From: Candidatus Multivorans sp.
GTDB taxonomy: Bacteria > Acidobacteriota > Thermoanaerobaculia > Multivoradales > Multivoraceae
Direction: 5' to 3'
Length of the DNA: 64,000 nucleotides
Assembly: GCA_965247095.1 (NCBI GenBank)
Contig: OZ251997.1
Span: forward strand, 672,001 to 736,000
In this document: in pieces, positions 39,388 through 48,819 of the stretch
How positions within the stretch are numbered: the first letter of the stretch is position 1
How the letters are laid out: every line of letters begins with the position of its first letter
The notes under the pieces: model-generated
Database searches by the model: none
Told to the model about the DNA's origin: nothing
The model's input: the letters and a program-made list of their open reading frames with translations, nothing else
Made by a program: the position numbers and the translations under genes

Positions 39388-41013
39388 GTGGTTCGCTTGG
39401 TGCCAGATGCCCCCCGGCTGCGCTTTCCACTCGCCCTGGCGGCCTGGCTGATCGGGGCCGGCCCGGGTGTCGCCCAGGGCCCTTCCCTGTCCCAGATCGA
39501 GCTGCCGGACGGGTTTTCGATCAGCGTCTTCGCGGACGATGTTCCGGGCGCCCGGTCGCTTGCGCAGAGCCCCGGCGGCACGGTGTTCGTCGGCACCCGG
39601 AGCACGGGCGCGGTGTACGCGGTGATCGACTCCGACGACGACGGTGACGCCGACCAGACGCTGCAACTGGCGTCGGGTTTGAACTCACCGAACGGCGTAG
39701 CGTTTCGCGGCGGAGACCTCTACGTGGCCGAGATCAGCCGCGTGCTCCGCTATGACGACATCGAGAGCCGCCTCGAAGCGCCGCCGGCGCCGGTCGTGGT
39801 CACCGCCGACCTGCCGGACAAGAGACACCACGGCTGGAAGTTCATCCGCTTCGGTCCTGACGGAAAGCTCTACGTTCCGGTCGGCGCGCCCTGCAACATC
39901 TGCGACGAGGGCGATCCCTTCGCCGCCATCCTGCGGCTGGACGACGACGGGGCCTACGAGGTCGTGGCGCGCGGCGTCCGCAACACGGTCGGCTTCGACT
40001 GGCATCCCGGCACCGGCGAACTCTGGTTCACGGACAACGGCCGGGACATGTTGGGAGACGACGAGCCGCCGGACGAACTCAACGTGCTGACCTCGAACGG
40101 TCAGCACTTTGGTTACCCCTTCTGTCACGGTCGAAACATCGCTGATCCGGAGTTCGGTTCCCAGCGTTCCTGTTCGGAGTTTCAGTCCCCAGTCCAGAAA
40201 CTCGGACCGCACGTGGCGGCGCTCGGCATGCGCTTCTACAACGGGCAGATGTTCCCGGAGCGCTATCGCGGCCAGATCTTCATCGCCGAGCACGGCTCCT
40301 GGAACCGCACCGATCCGATCGGCTACCGGGTGATGGTCGTTCATCTGAACGCGAGCGGCCGGTCGACGGAGTACGAAGAGTTCGCTACGGGCTGGCTTCA
40401 GGGCGCCTCTGCTTGGGGCCGGCCGGTCGACGTCATGGTGCGTGCCGACGGCTCGTTGCTGGTCTCGGACGACCGGCGGGGATCGATCTACCGCATCGCG
40501 TATTCCGGCTCTGTGATGCCGCCACCGCCGCCGCCGCCGCCGCCACCGCCACCGCCGCCACCTCCGCCGCCGCCACCTCCGCCGCCGCCACCGCCGCCGC
40601 CGCCACCTCCGCCTCCACCGGACCCGGAGCCGCCGCCGCCACCCCGTGACGGAACCTGTGAACCGGCGGCGGAGACGCTCTGCCTGCACAACCATCGGTA
40701 CGAGTTGCAAGCAGAGTGGTGGACCCTCGATGGAGGGAGCGGGTCGGCCTTCGCGGTTCCGATGGCGACGAACGATGCGGGTCTATTCCAGTTCTACGAT
40801 CCGGACAACTGGGAGATCCTGATCAAGGTGCTGGATGGCTGCGCGATCAACGGGCATCACTGGGTCTACGGCGCTTCAACGACGGACCTTGGGTACGTGA
40901 TCCGGGTGACGGACACGGCTACGAGTGAGGTCAGGGAGTACCGGAACGAGCCCGGGCGGCCGGTGCCCGCGATCACCGACGACAGGGCGTTCCCGGACAG
41001 TTGCGGACCGTAG
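39388..41013 (+). CDS. PQQ-type glucose/sorbosone dehydrogenase with poly-Pro linker and extra C-terminal Cys-containing domain
   Basis: HHGWKFIRFGPDGKLY, GAPCNIC, RNTVGFDWHP, AEHGSWNR and GRPVDV, followed by P34 and a ~120-aa domain. Confidence 0.88.
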   Translation: MVRLVPDAPRLRFPLALAAWLIGAGPGVAQGPSLSQIELPDGFSISVFADDVPGARSLAQSPGGTVFVGTRSTGAVYAVIDSDDDGDADQTLQLASGLNSPNGVAFRGGDLYVAEISRVLRYDDIESRLEAPPAPVVVTADLPDKRHHGWKFIRFGPDGKLYVPVGAPCNICDEGDPFAAILRLDDDGAYEVVARGVRNTVGFDWHPGTGELWFTDNGRDMLGDDEPPDELNVLTSNGQHFGYPFCHGRNIADPEFGSQRSCSEFQSPVQKLGPHVAALGMRFYNGQMFPERYRGQIFIAEHGSWNRTDPIGYRVMVVHLNASGRSTEYEEFATGWLQGASAWGRPVDVMVRADGSLLVSDDRRGSIYRIAYSGSVMPPPPPPPPPPPPPPPPPPPPPPPPPPPPPPPPPPDPEPPPPPRDGTCEPAAETLCLHNHRYELQAEWWTLDGGSGSAFAVPMATNDAGLFQFYDPDNWEILIKVLDGCAINGHHWVYGASTTDLGYVIRVTDTATSEVREYRNEPGRPVPAITDDRAFPDSCGP

Positions 41014-41724
41014 CGATTCGGGGCCGTGGGCACGGTCGTCGCCGCCGGCCGTTGCTATGATCCGCGCGTTGTGCTTCGTTTCTCTGCGTTCTTCATGGCC
41101 CTCGTGATCGTTGCCGGGACCGTGTTCGCGGCCGATGACGAGGAACTTCGTCTGGACGAGATCGAACTCCCCGCCGGGTTCAAGGTGGACGTGTTTGCCT
41201 CCGGCATCGACCTCGCGCGGTCCTTGGCGCAGAGCCCCTCCGGCACCGTCTTCGTCGGCACGGGCGGGCTCCGAGCCAGCGAGGTCGTGTACGCGGTCGT
41301 CGACGAGGATGGCGATGGCAAGGCGGATCGTCGTTACCAGGTCGCTTCGGGCCTGAACCGGCCGAACGGCGTCGCGTTCCACGACGGCGACCTCTACGTG
41401 GCCGAGATCAGCCGCGTGCTCCGCTATGACGACATCGAGAGCCGCCTCGAAGCGCCGCCGGCGCCGGTCGTCGTCACCGCCGACCTGCCGGACAAGAGAC
41501 ACCACGGCTGGAAGTTCATCCGCTTCGGTCCTGACGGAAAGCTCTACGTTCCGGTCGGCGCGCCCTGCAACATCTGCGACGAGGGCGACCCCTTCGCCAG
41601 CATCCTGCGCCTGGACGACGACGGGGGCTACGAGGTCGTGGCGCGCGGCGTCCGCAACACGGTCGGCTTCGACTGGCATCCCGGCACCGGCGAACTCTGG
41701 TTCACGGACAACGGCCGGGACATG
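39715..41724 (+). repeat. 336-nt near-identical tract shared by the two dehydrogenase paralogs (39715-40050 and 41389-41724)
   Basis: About six mismatches by manual alignment. Flanking regions are much more diverged. Confidence 0.85.
40519..40620 (+). repeat. CCN codon repeat encoding 34 consecutive prolines
   Basis: 102 nt of CCG/CCA/CCT codons with a recurring CCACCTCCGCCGCCG unit. Confidence 0.95.
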
Positions 41725-42204
41725 ATGGGCGACAACGTCCCGCCCGACGAACTGAACGTGCTGACCGAGGACGGCCAGCACTTCGGCTACCCGTACTGCC
41801 ATGGTCAAGGCATCGCCGACCCGGAGTTCGGCGACAAGAGGCCCTGCGCGGAACTCGTGCCGCCGGCGATCGACCTCGGGCCGCACGTGGGAGCGATCGG
41901 CATGCGCTTCTACCGGGGCGATGCGTTCCCGGAGCGCTACCGAGGGCAGATCTTCATCGCCGAGCACGGTTCGTGGAACCGTAGCGAGAAGATCGGCTAC
42001 CGCGTCATGGTGGTTCATCTGGGCGCCGACGGGCGGCCCTCGGAGTACGAAGAATTCGCCACCGGTTGGCTTCAGGACGGCGCCTCGTGGGGCCGCCCGG
42101 TCGACGTGATGGAGCGCGCCGACGGCTCGCTGCTCGTCTCCGACGACCTGCGGGGTGTGATCTACCGGATCAGCTACGACGCCGCGGCTGCGGCGGGGGA
42201 GTAG
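41071..42204 (+). CDS. PQQ-type glucose/sorbosone dehydrogenase, paralog 2
   Basis: Signal peptide and the same motifs as the upstream copy, but no C-terminal extension. Confidence 0.9.
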   Translation: MLRFSAFFMALVIVAGTVFAADDEELRLDEIELPAGFKVDVFASGIDLARSLAQSPSGTVFVGTGGLRASEVVYAVVDEDGDGKADRRYQVASGLNRPNGVAFHDGDLYVAEISRVLRYDDIESRLEAPPAPVVVTADLPDKRHHGWKFIRFGPDGKLYVPVGAPCNICDEGDPFASILRLDDDGGYEVVARGVRNTVGFDWHPGTGELWFTDNGRDMMGDNVPPDELNVLTEDGQHFGYPYCHGQGIADPEFGDKRPCAELVPPAIDLGPHVGAIGMRFYRGDAFPERYRGQIFIAEHGSWNRSEKIGYRVMVVHLGADGRPSEYEEFATGWLQDGASWGRPVDVMERADGSLLVSDDLRGVIYRISYDAAAAAGE

Positions 42205-42209
42205 GTTCC

Positions 42210-43472
42210 ATGGCCCACATTGATCCCGCCGTCGTCGCGGCGGCGCGGGACCGCTACGACGCGGCTCGCGCTGCCGGTCTCCGCCTCGACATGACCCGCG
42301 GCAAGCCGTCGCCGGAGCAGCTCGCTCGCTCCCACGGCCTGCTGCGGGCAGTAGAGCGGGAGGACAATCCCGCCGCCGACGGCACCGACTGCCGGAATTA
42401 CGGCGGCGATCCCCGCGGTCTGCCGGAGATGCGGGCTCTCTTCGGCGAGATTCTGGGAGTGGATGCGGACCTCGTCTTCGTCGGCGGCAACGCCAGCCTG
42501 CAGTGGATGCACGATCTGGCGGTGCAGGCGATGTTGGTGGGCGTTCCGGGCGGCGAACCCTGGGGCGGGGCCGGCCGCGCGGTGCCGGTGAAGTTTCTCT
42601 GTCCCTGTCCCGGCTACGACCGGCACTTCGCGCTGCTCGAGCGCTACGGCATCGAGATGCTCAAGGTCGCCATGGGCGAGGACGGCCCCGATGTGGATGA
42701 GATCGCGCGTCTCGCGGGTTCGGACCCGAACGTCAAGGGGATGTTCTGCGTGCCGCGCTACAGCAACCCGACCGGCGTCACGTATTCGGACGACGTGGTC
42801 GAGGCGATCGCCTCCATGCGCACCGCGGCGCCGGACTTCCGGATCATCTGGGACGACGCCTACGCGCTGCACGCCTTCGACGGTGAACCGGATCGGCTGG
42901 CCAGTCTCTACGACCGCTGCGCGGCCCACGGCAACGAGGATCGGGCGTTTCTCGTCACGTCGTTCTCCAAGGTCACGTTCGGTGGCTCGGGTCTGGCTGC
43001 GGTGGCCGCGAGTCCTAGAAACGGCGACTGGATCCGGGGTTTCCGCTCGATCCAGACGATTGGACCGAACAAGCTGAACCAGCTCGCGCACGCCCACTTC
43101 TTCGACGGCGCCGTCTCGGCCGTCCGGGATCACATGAAGGGGCACGCGGACCTGATCCGGCCGAAGTTCGAGGCCGTGCTACGGGTGCTCGACAAGCGCC
43201 TCGGCGACTTGGGAGTCGCTTCGTGGAGCCGGCCCCGGGGGGGCTACTTCGTCAACCTGGACACGGCGCCCGGTTGCGCTCGGGCGGTGGTCGAGATGGC
43301 GGGGGAAGCAGGGGTCAAGCTGACGCCCGCCGGCGCCACCTTTCCCTACGGCATCGACCCGCAGGACCGGAACATCCGCGTCGCCCCGACGCTGCCGGCC
43401 CTCGACGAGATCGAGACCGCGACTGGACTGCTGGCGGACTGCATCGTTCTGGTCAGCGCCGAGAACGCCTAA
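42210..43472 (+). CDS. PLP-dependent aminotransferase (actinobacterial AspB/AspAT-like family)
   Basis: LDMTRGKPS, DCRNYGG, PGYDRHF, YSNPTG, WDDAY, SFSKVTF, GGYF and NIRVAP. Confidence 0.88.
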   Translation: MAHIDPAVVAAARDRYDAARAAGLRLDMTRGKPSPEQLARSHGLLRAVEREDNPAADGTDCRNYGGDPRGLPEMRALFGEILGVDADLVFVGGNASLQWMHDLAVQAMLVGVPGGEPWGGAGRAVPVKFLCPCPGYDRHFALLERYGIEMLKVAMGEDGPDVDEIARLAGSDPNVKGMFCVPRYSNPTGVTYSDDVVEAIASMRTAAPDFRIIWDDAYALHAFDGEPDRLASLYDRCAAHGNEDRAFLVTSFSKVTFGGSGLAAVAASPRNGDWIRGFRSIQTIGPNKLNQLAHAHFFDGAVSAVRDHMKGHADLIRPKFEAVLRVLDKRLGDLGVASWSRPRGGYFVNLDTAPGCARAVVEMAGEAGVKLTPAGATFPYGIDPQDRNIRVAPTLPALDEIETATGLLADCIVLVSAENA

Positions 43473-44806
43473 TCGTCAATGTAGCCGAGGCTCTTGAGCT
43501 GCTTGATGTCGTCCTCGCTGAGGACGGTCGCGCTCCTGGCCTCGTACTTCGGCAGGGCGCGGTACCAGTTGACGAGGCGGCGGCCGAGGGGCGGGATCAG
43601 CTCGACGGGGGGCTCCGAGAGCGGTTTCTCCTCGCGCGGGTCGACGGTCAGGTCAAAGTACACGGTACGGCGTTTCGAGAAGTCGTGCACCACCTTCGCG
43701 CCGTTCAACTCCATGCTGATCTGCAGGGGGTTCTCGTAGGGTGCGTTGCGGCGTGACTTGCCGAACAGCGCGGTATGCCGGTCGCCCATGACGTACCGCG
43801 GCCGCTGAACGGCTTCCGTCTCCCTCGCGGTTGGAACCAGGCTCCGTCCCTCGAGACCGTCGGGCGCTTCGATACCGAGCAGGTCGAGCACTGTCGGCAG
43901 CACGTCGACGACACCGACCGGAGCCTGGACCTCGAGGCCCGCCGGTAGTCCGGGGCCGGCGAGGATCATCGGGATGCGGGCGTTCGGCCAGTGGACGTTC
44001 TTGCCGTGTCCCCAGTAGCTGTGCTCGCCCATGCTCTCGCCGTGATCGCTCAGGAACAGGGTGAAGCGGGGCCCGGGCAGCAGCTCCTCGATCGCCTCGG
44101 ACAACCTGCCGAGCCAGTGGTCGACGTAGTTCACCTCCGACTGGTAGCGCCAGCGCTTCTGCCAACCGGCTGTTCGCGTCTTCCTTGGCGGCAGGGGTGG
44201 CGTGAAGCCAGTGCGTTCCAGGTAGGGGTTGTGGGGGTCGGAGAAGTGGACCCAGAGGAACAGCGGCTGCCCGTTTCGTTCTTCGTCGCCGGCGCGGCGG
44301 CGCAGCCAGCGCTCAGCGGCCTTGACGATGTCGTCGGCGTCCCGTTCCGTGACGCCGCCCGCGTTCCGGGCCTGGTTGAACTCCTCGTCGTAGTGGTCGA
44401 ACCCCCGGTCCAGGCCGACCAGGTCGGCTCGCAGCGTCCAGTTCGAAATGAAGGCCGCGGCCTCGTAGCCGGCTTCGCCCAGGATCTCGGCCAGGAGCGG
44501 GATATCGGTCCGCATCCGCTGCGCGTTGCGGCGGGCGCCGTGGGTCGGCGGATAGAGGGACGTGAAGATCGAGGCGAAGGCGGGCCCCGTCTTGCCGATC
44601 GTGGTCTGGGCGTCCTCGAACAGCATTCCCGCGGCGGCGAGGGCGTCGATCGTCGGCGTCTTCGCACCCGCGACCCCGTAGGCGCCGACCGCGTCCGCGC
44701 GCAGGGTATCCACCGAGAGCAGCACCAGGTGCGGCTCGGCCGGGAGCGGTGCGCAGAGCGACGCCGCCAGAAGCGCCGTCCGGATGAAGCGGGCGCCCGG
44801 GTTCAC
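43469..44806 (-). CDS. Exported sulfatase-like / alkaline-phosphatase-superfamily protein
   Basis: LSVDTLRAD, WVHFSDPH, SDHGE..GEH and LKSLGY. Nucleophile position reads TGPAF, not CxPxR. Confidence 0.85.
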   Translation of the reverse strand: MNPGARFIRTALLAASLCAPLPAEPHLVLLSVDTLRADAVGAYGVAGAKTPTIDALAAAGMLFEDAQTTIGKTGPAFASIFTSLYPPTHGARRNAQRMRTDIPLLAEILGEAGYEAAAFISNWTLRADLVGLDRGFDHYDEEFNQARNAGGVTERDADDIVKAAERWLRRRAGDEERNGQPLFLWVHFSDPHNPYLERTGFTPPLPPRKTRTAGWQKRWRYQSEVNYVDHWLGRLSEAIEELLPGPRFTLFLSDHGESMGEHSYWGHGKNVHWPNARIPMILAGPGLPAGLEVQAPVGVVDVLPTVLDLLGIEAPDGLEGRSLVPTARETEAVQRPRYVMGDRHTALFGKSRRNAPYENPLQISMELNGAKVVHDFSKRRTVYFDLTVDPREEKPLSEPPVELIPPLGRRLVNWYRALPKYEARSATVLSEDDIKQLKSLGYIDD

Positions 44807-45738
44807 GCAGTCACGGCCCCGAAGGCCACGGCTTCTTCCTGGGTGTCGATGTCGCGGGCCAGGGACATCGCGTCGAGGACGGGCATCCGCACCTTGCGGC
44901 CGGGGTGCCTGCGGCGGTGACGGCGCTTGATGAACATGCGGCGAATAGCCAACTCGAGTTCTGACTGCTGGATGACCTTTTCCTTGAGGCGCCGGGCGGC
45001 CCACGTGCCGGATAGCAGCGTGTCCCAGGTGAAGGTGGGCAGCCGGAGGTTCAGGACGTGGATGAAGTCCTGAACCAGCATGATCCACAGGAGGCGTCGG
45101 GCCATGTAGGTGTTGCGGTAGAGGATCGGCCGGTTGCGTGTGCGGTAGGCGAGGTCCATCAGCCGGTACATGAAGTTCCAGCGGAGGGCCGCGGAGTCGA
45201 AGATCGCCAGATGACCGGGCAGCACGGGTACTGGCGTGGACAGTCCCTCGGGCTTGACGTGGTATCGCGGTTTCCACTTGGACGGGCCGAGACGTTCCGG
45301 GTCCTGGGGCGCCGGGATGATCGGGAAGAAGAAGTCCAGCGGGCTGTGGCGCCAGAAATCCTCGACCACCGTCCGCATCTCGTTGGGGTCGGGGACGATG
45401 TCGCAGGTGGTGATCGCCAGCGGCCCGTCGCCGTGCAGTCGGCGGGCGGTTTCGACGCCGACCTGGATGTTGCGGCCGAAGCCGCCGTCCGTATCGATCG
45501 AGATGCCGTCCGAAAGCGAGCGGTAGGCGTGTCCGGGCCCTGCGACGTAGATCGGATCGAAGGCGTCCGCCTGACGGATGCGGTCGATGACGACCTCGAT
45601 GAGCGGCCTGCCGCCGATTTTAATGTCGACGCCCTTGATGCCCGCGAGCGGGTGCTTGGAGCGGCCGCCGGGAGGCATGTAGGCCGGGCGGCGGTCGCTG
45701 CCTCCGAGGACGATCAGGGGTACGGACTTGAAGGTCAT
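44803..45738 (-). CDS. Nucleotidyltransferase-like (MobA/GT-A fold) protein
   Basis: IVLGG...K..IKIGGRPLIEVV, ITTCDI and C-terminal DIDT. Stop overlaps the sulfatase-like start. Confidence 0.6.
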   Translation of the reverse strand: MTFKSVPLIVLGGSDRRPAYMPPGGRSKHPLAGIKGVDIKIGGRPLIEVVIDRIRQADAFDPIYVAGPGHAYRSLSDGISIDTDGGFGRNIQVGVETARRLHGDGPLAITTCDIVPDPNEMRTVVEDFWRHSPLDFFFPIIPAPQDPERLGPSKWKPRYHVKPEGLSTPVPVLPGHLAIFDSAALRWNFMYRLMDLAYRTRNRPILYRNTYMARRLLWIMLVQDFIHVLNLRLPTFTWDTLLSGTWAARRLKEKVIQQSELELAIRRMFIKRRHRRRHPGRKVRMPVLDAMSLARDIDTQEEAVAFGAVTA

Positions 45739-45915
45739 GGCGAAATCCGGTTCTCCCGAGGACTGACCGATTCTATGTTGAGGGAGGGCAAGAGCCCAAG
45801 ACGTTGGGGGAGGCCGAGCGGGGATCGTGTGGTCCGGGCAGTCGACCCGCGCGCGGGAGGCGGCTTGAGGCGCTAGCATCCGGTGGACGGTCGCCCGGCC
45901 TTCGCTTGCGTGCTG

Positions 45916-47763
45916 ATGAGACTTCCCCCGCCGCCGACGCCCGAGGTCGTGGACCGTGACGATCGTCTGGCCGATCTCGCGCACCGCTGGCTGCGTGAGC
46001 CGTCGGTCGGTCTGGACACGGAGTTCATCCGCGAACGGACGTTTTATCCGCGGCTCGGCCTGATCCAGGTCGCCGACTCGTCCGGCTGCTACCTGGTGGA
46101 CATGGTGGCGGTCGGGGACAGCTCCCCGCTTGCGGCGGTGGTCAGGTCGCCCGCGGTGACCAAGGTGTTCCATTCGCCGGGTGAGGACCTGGAGATCTTC
46201 CAGCATGCCTTCGGCTTCGCTCCCGAAAACCTGTTCGACTGTCAGGTCGCGGCCATGCTTTGCGGCCTGGGGGGTTCGCTGGGCTACGTTCATCTGGTCT
46301 CGAGCCTGTTCGAGGTCGAGCTGGCCAAGGGAGCGCAACGGTCCAATTGGTTGCGGCGGCCGTTGAGCGAGGAACAGGTGCAATACGCGGGTCTCGATGT
46401 CGCCTACCTTCTGCCCGCGCACGAGGAGTTGCGGGCGAGGCTCGTGGAGCTCGAGCGCGAGAGTTGGGCGGAGGAGGAGTTCTGCCGGCTACTGGTTGCT
46501 TCGGCTGCGCGCCTTGATCCGGAATGGTCGTACGGGAGGTTGCGTCGTCCGGGAATGTCGCGGCGTCAACTGGCGGCACTGCGAGCCCTCTGCGAGTGGC
46601 GTGAAGCGCGCGCACGCGGGCGCGATCTGCCCCGCGGTTTCGTGCTCAAGGATGAGACCCTCATCGATCTGGCGAGGCGGCTGCCGCGGAGCGGCCAGGA
46701 CCTGGCTTCGGTGAAGGGGCTCGGGCCGAGACAGGCGCGCCGGTACGGTCCGACCCTGCTGGACCTGGTGCGAGGCGCTGCCACCTTGCCCGAAAGCGAA
46801 CTCCCGGAGCGGTTGGACCGTTCGGCGGGCCGGTCGTCGAGCGATCTTGCGGAGGGGCTGCGGGAGCTGGTTGCGCGCGTTGCCGGCGACCTCGATCTCC
46901 CGGCTGAGGCCCTTGTGCCCCGGCGGACGCTGGAGGTATGGGCGGCGCGAAGTCTCGAGCGGGGGGCCTGGGTCTGGCCAGGCGAGATCGAGGGTTGGCG
47001 CCGTTCAGTGCTGGAACCGGAGGTCGAGCGGGCCGGCCTGCTGGAGTCTCTGCGGAGCGGTGGACGTGGTCGTCGCTCCAATCGAGGCCGCGGGCGTAGG
47101 GCCGGTGCGACGGTCCCGGCGACCGGTGTCGGAATTCGTGACGCGATGAGGCGGGTGGACGCCCAGGGCCACACCATCGACGACCTGTACGGCCTGTTCA
47201 GCGAAACGGCGCCCCCGGCGGTCGTCGTGCCGGACGATGTTGTACCCGAGCCTCAGTGCAGTCTGCTGGCTCACGAGAACCACATGACGGTGACTCTTGA
47301 GGCGTACCACGGCGGCGCTGTGGATGTCGTCGTCCTGAATCGCGTCAGATCCGATCGGTACTACGCACGCAAGATCCTCCTGCGCCGAAACGTCGAGAGC
47401 GGCGGTGAAGCCCCATCTCCGGGGGCCGGCGTCGTCCAGTTTGGGATCATGCTCTTCGATCTCCGGTTCGCCAGCGAAGAGGCACGGCTCGAGATCCTGA
47501 GCGAGAGTGCGCCGCTCGGGCACATTCTGATCCGGCAGCGGCAGTTGCGCCGGATCAGCACGCATAGTCTGCTCGAGATCGAGCCGGACGCGGAGATGCG
47601 TCATCACTTCGGCCTCCCGGAGCCGAGACACGGGCACGAGACGACGGTGTTCGGGCGCCTGGCGACGATCTTCTGCGACGATCAGCCGGCGGTGGAACTC
47701 CTGGAGGTGCTCCCACCCGGTCCAACCGCTACGGCGGGGTCATCAGGCGGGTCCGCAACGTAG
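45916..47763 (+). CDS. rnd: Ribonuclease D (DEDDy + HRDC) fused to a C-terminal chorismate-lyase-like domain
   Basis: LDTEFIRERTFYPRLGLIQ, KVFHSPGEDL, SNWLRRPLS, YAGLDV and HRDC WRE..AR..DLPR. The frame continues ~205 aa from ATG 47146 (HMTVTLEAYH, YARKILL, PLGHILI). Confidence 0.85.
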   Translation: MRLPPPPTPEVVDRDDRLADLAHRWLREPSVGLDTEFIRERTFYPRLGLIQVADSSGCYLVDMVAVGDSSPLAAVVRSPAVTKVFHSPGEDLEIFQHAFGFAPENLFDCQVAAMLCGLGGSLGYVHLVSSLFEVELAKGAQRSNWLRRPLSEEQVQYAGLDVAYLLPAHEELRARLVELERESWAEEEFCRLLVASAARLDPEWSYGRLRRPGMSRRQLAALRALCEWREARARGRDLPRGFVLKDETLIDLARRLPRSGQDLASVKGLGPRQARRYGPTLLDLVRGAATLPESELPERLDRSAGRSSSDLAEGLRELVARVAGDLDLPAEALVPRRTLEVWAARSLERGAWVWPGEIEGWRRSVLEPEVERAGLLESLRSGGRGRRSNRGRGRRAGATVPATGVGIRDAMRRVDAQGHTIDDLYGLFSETAPPAVVVPDDVVPEPQCSLLAHENHMTVTLEAYHGGAVDVVVLNRVRSDRYYARKILLRRNVESGGEAPSPGAGVVQFGIMLFDLRFASEEARLEILSESAPLGHILIRQRQLRRISTHSLLEIEPDAEMRHHFGLPEPRHGHETTVFGRLATIFCDDQPAVELLEVLPPGPTATAGSSGGSAT

Positions 47764-47813
47764 CGGTAGGGGCCGAGCGTCGACGCGCCGTCACGGCTTG
47801 AGATATCGGCGCC

Positions 47814-48800
47814 TCACGCTCGTTCGACGGGGAAAACGATCAGGTCGTCAATGCGCGGCGCCTTCAGGGCGAGCGCGAGCAAGCGGTCGAACCCCAGCGC
47901 GACACCAGCGCAATGCGGCAGACCGGCCTCCAGAGCGGCCAGGAATCGCGACGGCATGGGCGGTAGGGGCCGGCCCAGTTCCCGGCGGCGGGCGAGGTCG
48001 CGCTCAAAGCGCTGCTGCTGCTCGGCCGGGTCGCTGAGTTCGCCGTAGCCGTTGGCGAGCTCGATGTCGCCGACGAAGGCCTCGAAGCGCTGTGCGGTCC
48101 GTGGATCGTCCGTGCCCAGGCGGGCCATCGCCGCTTGGGAGGCCGGGTAGTCGAAGACCACGGTCACCTGGTTGGGCGCGAAGTGGGGCTCGACCTTTTC
48201 GACGAACAGCCGGGAGAGCAGGTCGCCCCGGTCGAGGTCTCCGCCGCTCTGCGGTGAGGAGGACTGCTCGACGGCCTCGCGCAGGGTCGGGGTGGGCGTG
48301 TCGTGCGGATCGACTCCGGCGTGCTGTTTTAACAGGTCGGCGTAGCTCGCGTAGAGCGTGGCCTCGAAACGATGCGACCCGGCCAGGAGAATCTCGATCA
48401 GAGCCACGACCTCCCGCATTAGCCGGTGGTGGTCCCAACCGACGCGGTACCACTCGAGGATCGTGAACTCGGGGTTGTGCCAACGGCCGCGCTCACCGCC
48501 GCGAAACGCCTTGCAGACCTGATAGATCGAACCGGCGCCCGCGGCGAGCAGCCGCTTCATCGCCAGTTCGGGTGAGGTCTGGAGGTACATCCGGCGCTTC
48601 GGGAACCCCGGCGCTTCGATCTCGGAGGTCAGGCTCTCCAGATGCAGGTCGAGCGTGGTCTCGGCGCTCAGGAGCGGCGTCTCGACTTCGAGTACGTCCC
48701 GCTCGGCGAAGAAGGCGCGCAGTTCGGCCAGCATCGCCGCCCGCCGGCGCAGGGCATCAGGCGTAGCGGTGGGGCGCCAGTCGGCGCCGGGGGAGGTCAC
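47814..48800 (-). CDS. epmA: EF-P beta-lysyltransferase (GenX/PoxA)
   Basis: Truncated class II LysRS: LEVETP, YLQTSPELAMKRLL, HNPEFTILEWY, ELANGY and GVALGFDRL. Lies next to efp. Confidence 0.93.
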   Translation of the reverse strand: MTSPGADWRPTATPDALRRRAAMLAELRAFFAERDVLEVETPLLSAETTLDLHLESLTSEIEAPGFPKRRMYLQTSPELAMKRLLAAGAGSIYQVCKAFRGGERGRWHNPEFTILEWYRVGWDHHRLMREVVALIEILLAGSHRFEATLYASYADLLKQHAGVDPHDTPTPTLREAVEQSSSPQSGGDLDRGDLLSRLFVEKVEPHFAPNQVTVVFDYPASQAAMARLGTDDPRTAQRFEAFVGDIELANGYGELSDPAEQQQRFERDLARRRELGRPLPPMPSRFLAALEAGLPHCAGVALGFDRLLALALKAPRIDDLIVFPVERA

Positions 48801-48819
48801 GTGGCGCCCTCCCCGGTCG

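Noticed and set aside
40488-40691. Poly-Gly ORF on the minus strand and poly-Ala/Arg ORFs in other frames
   Set aside because: These are alternative readings of the poly-Pro codon repeat.
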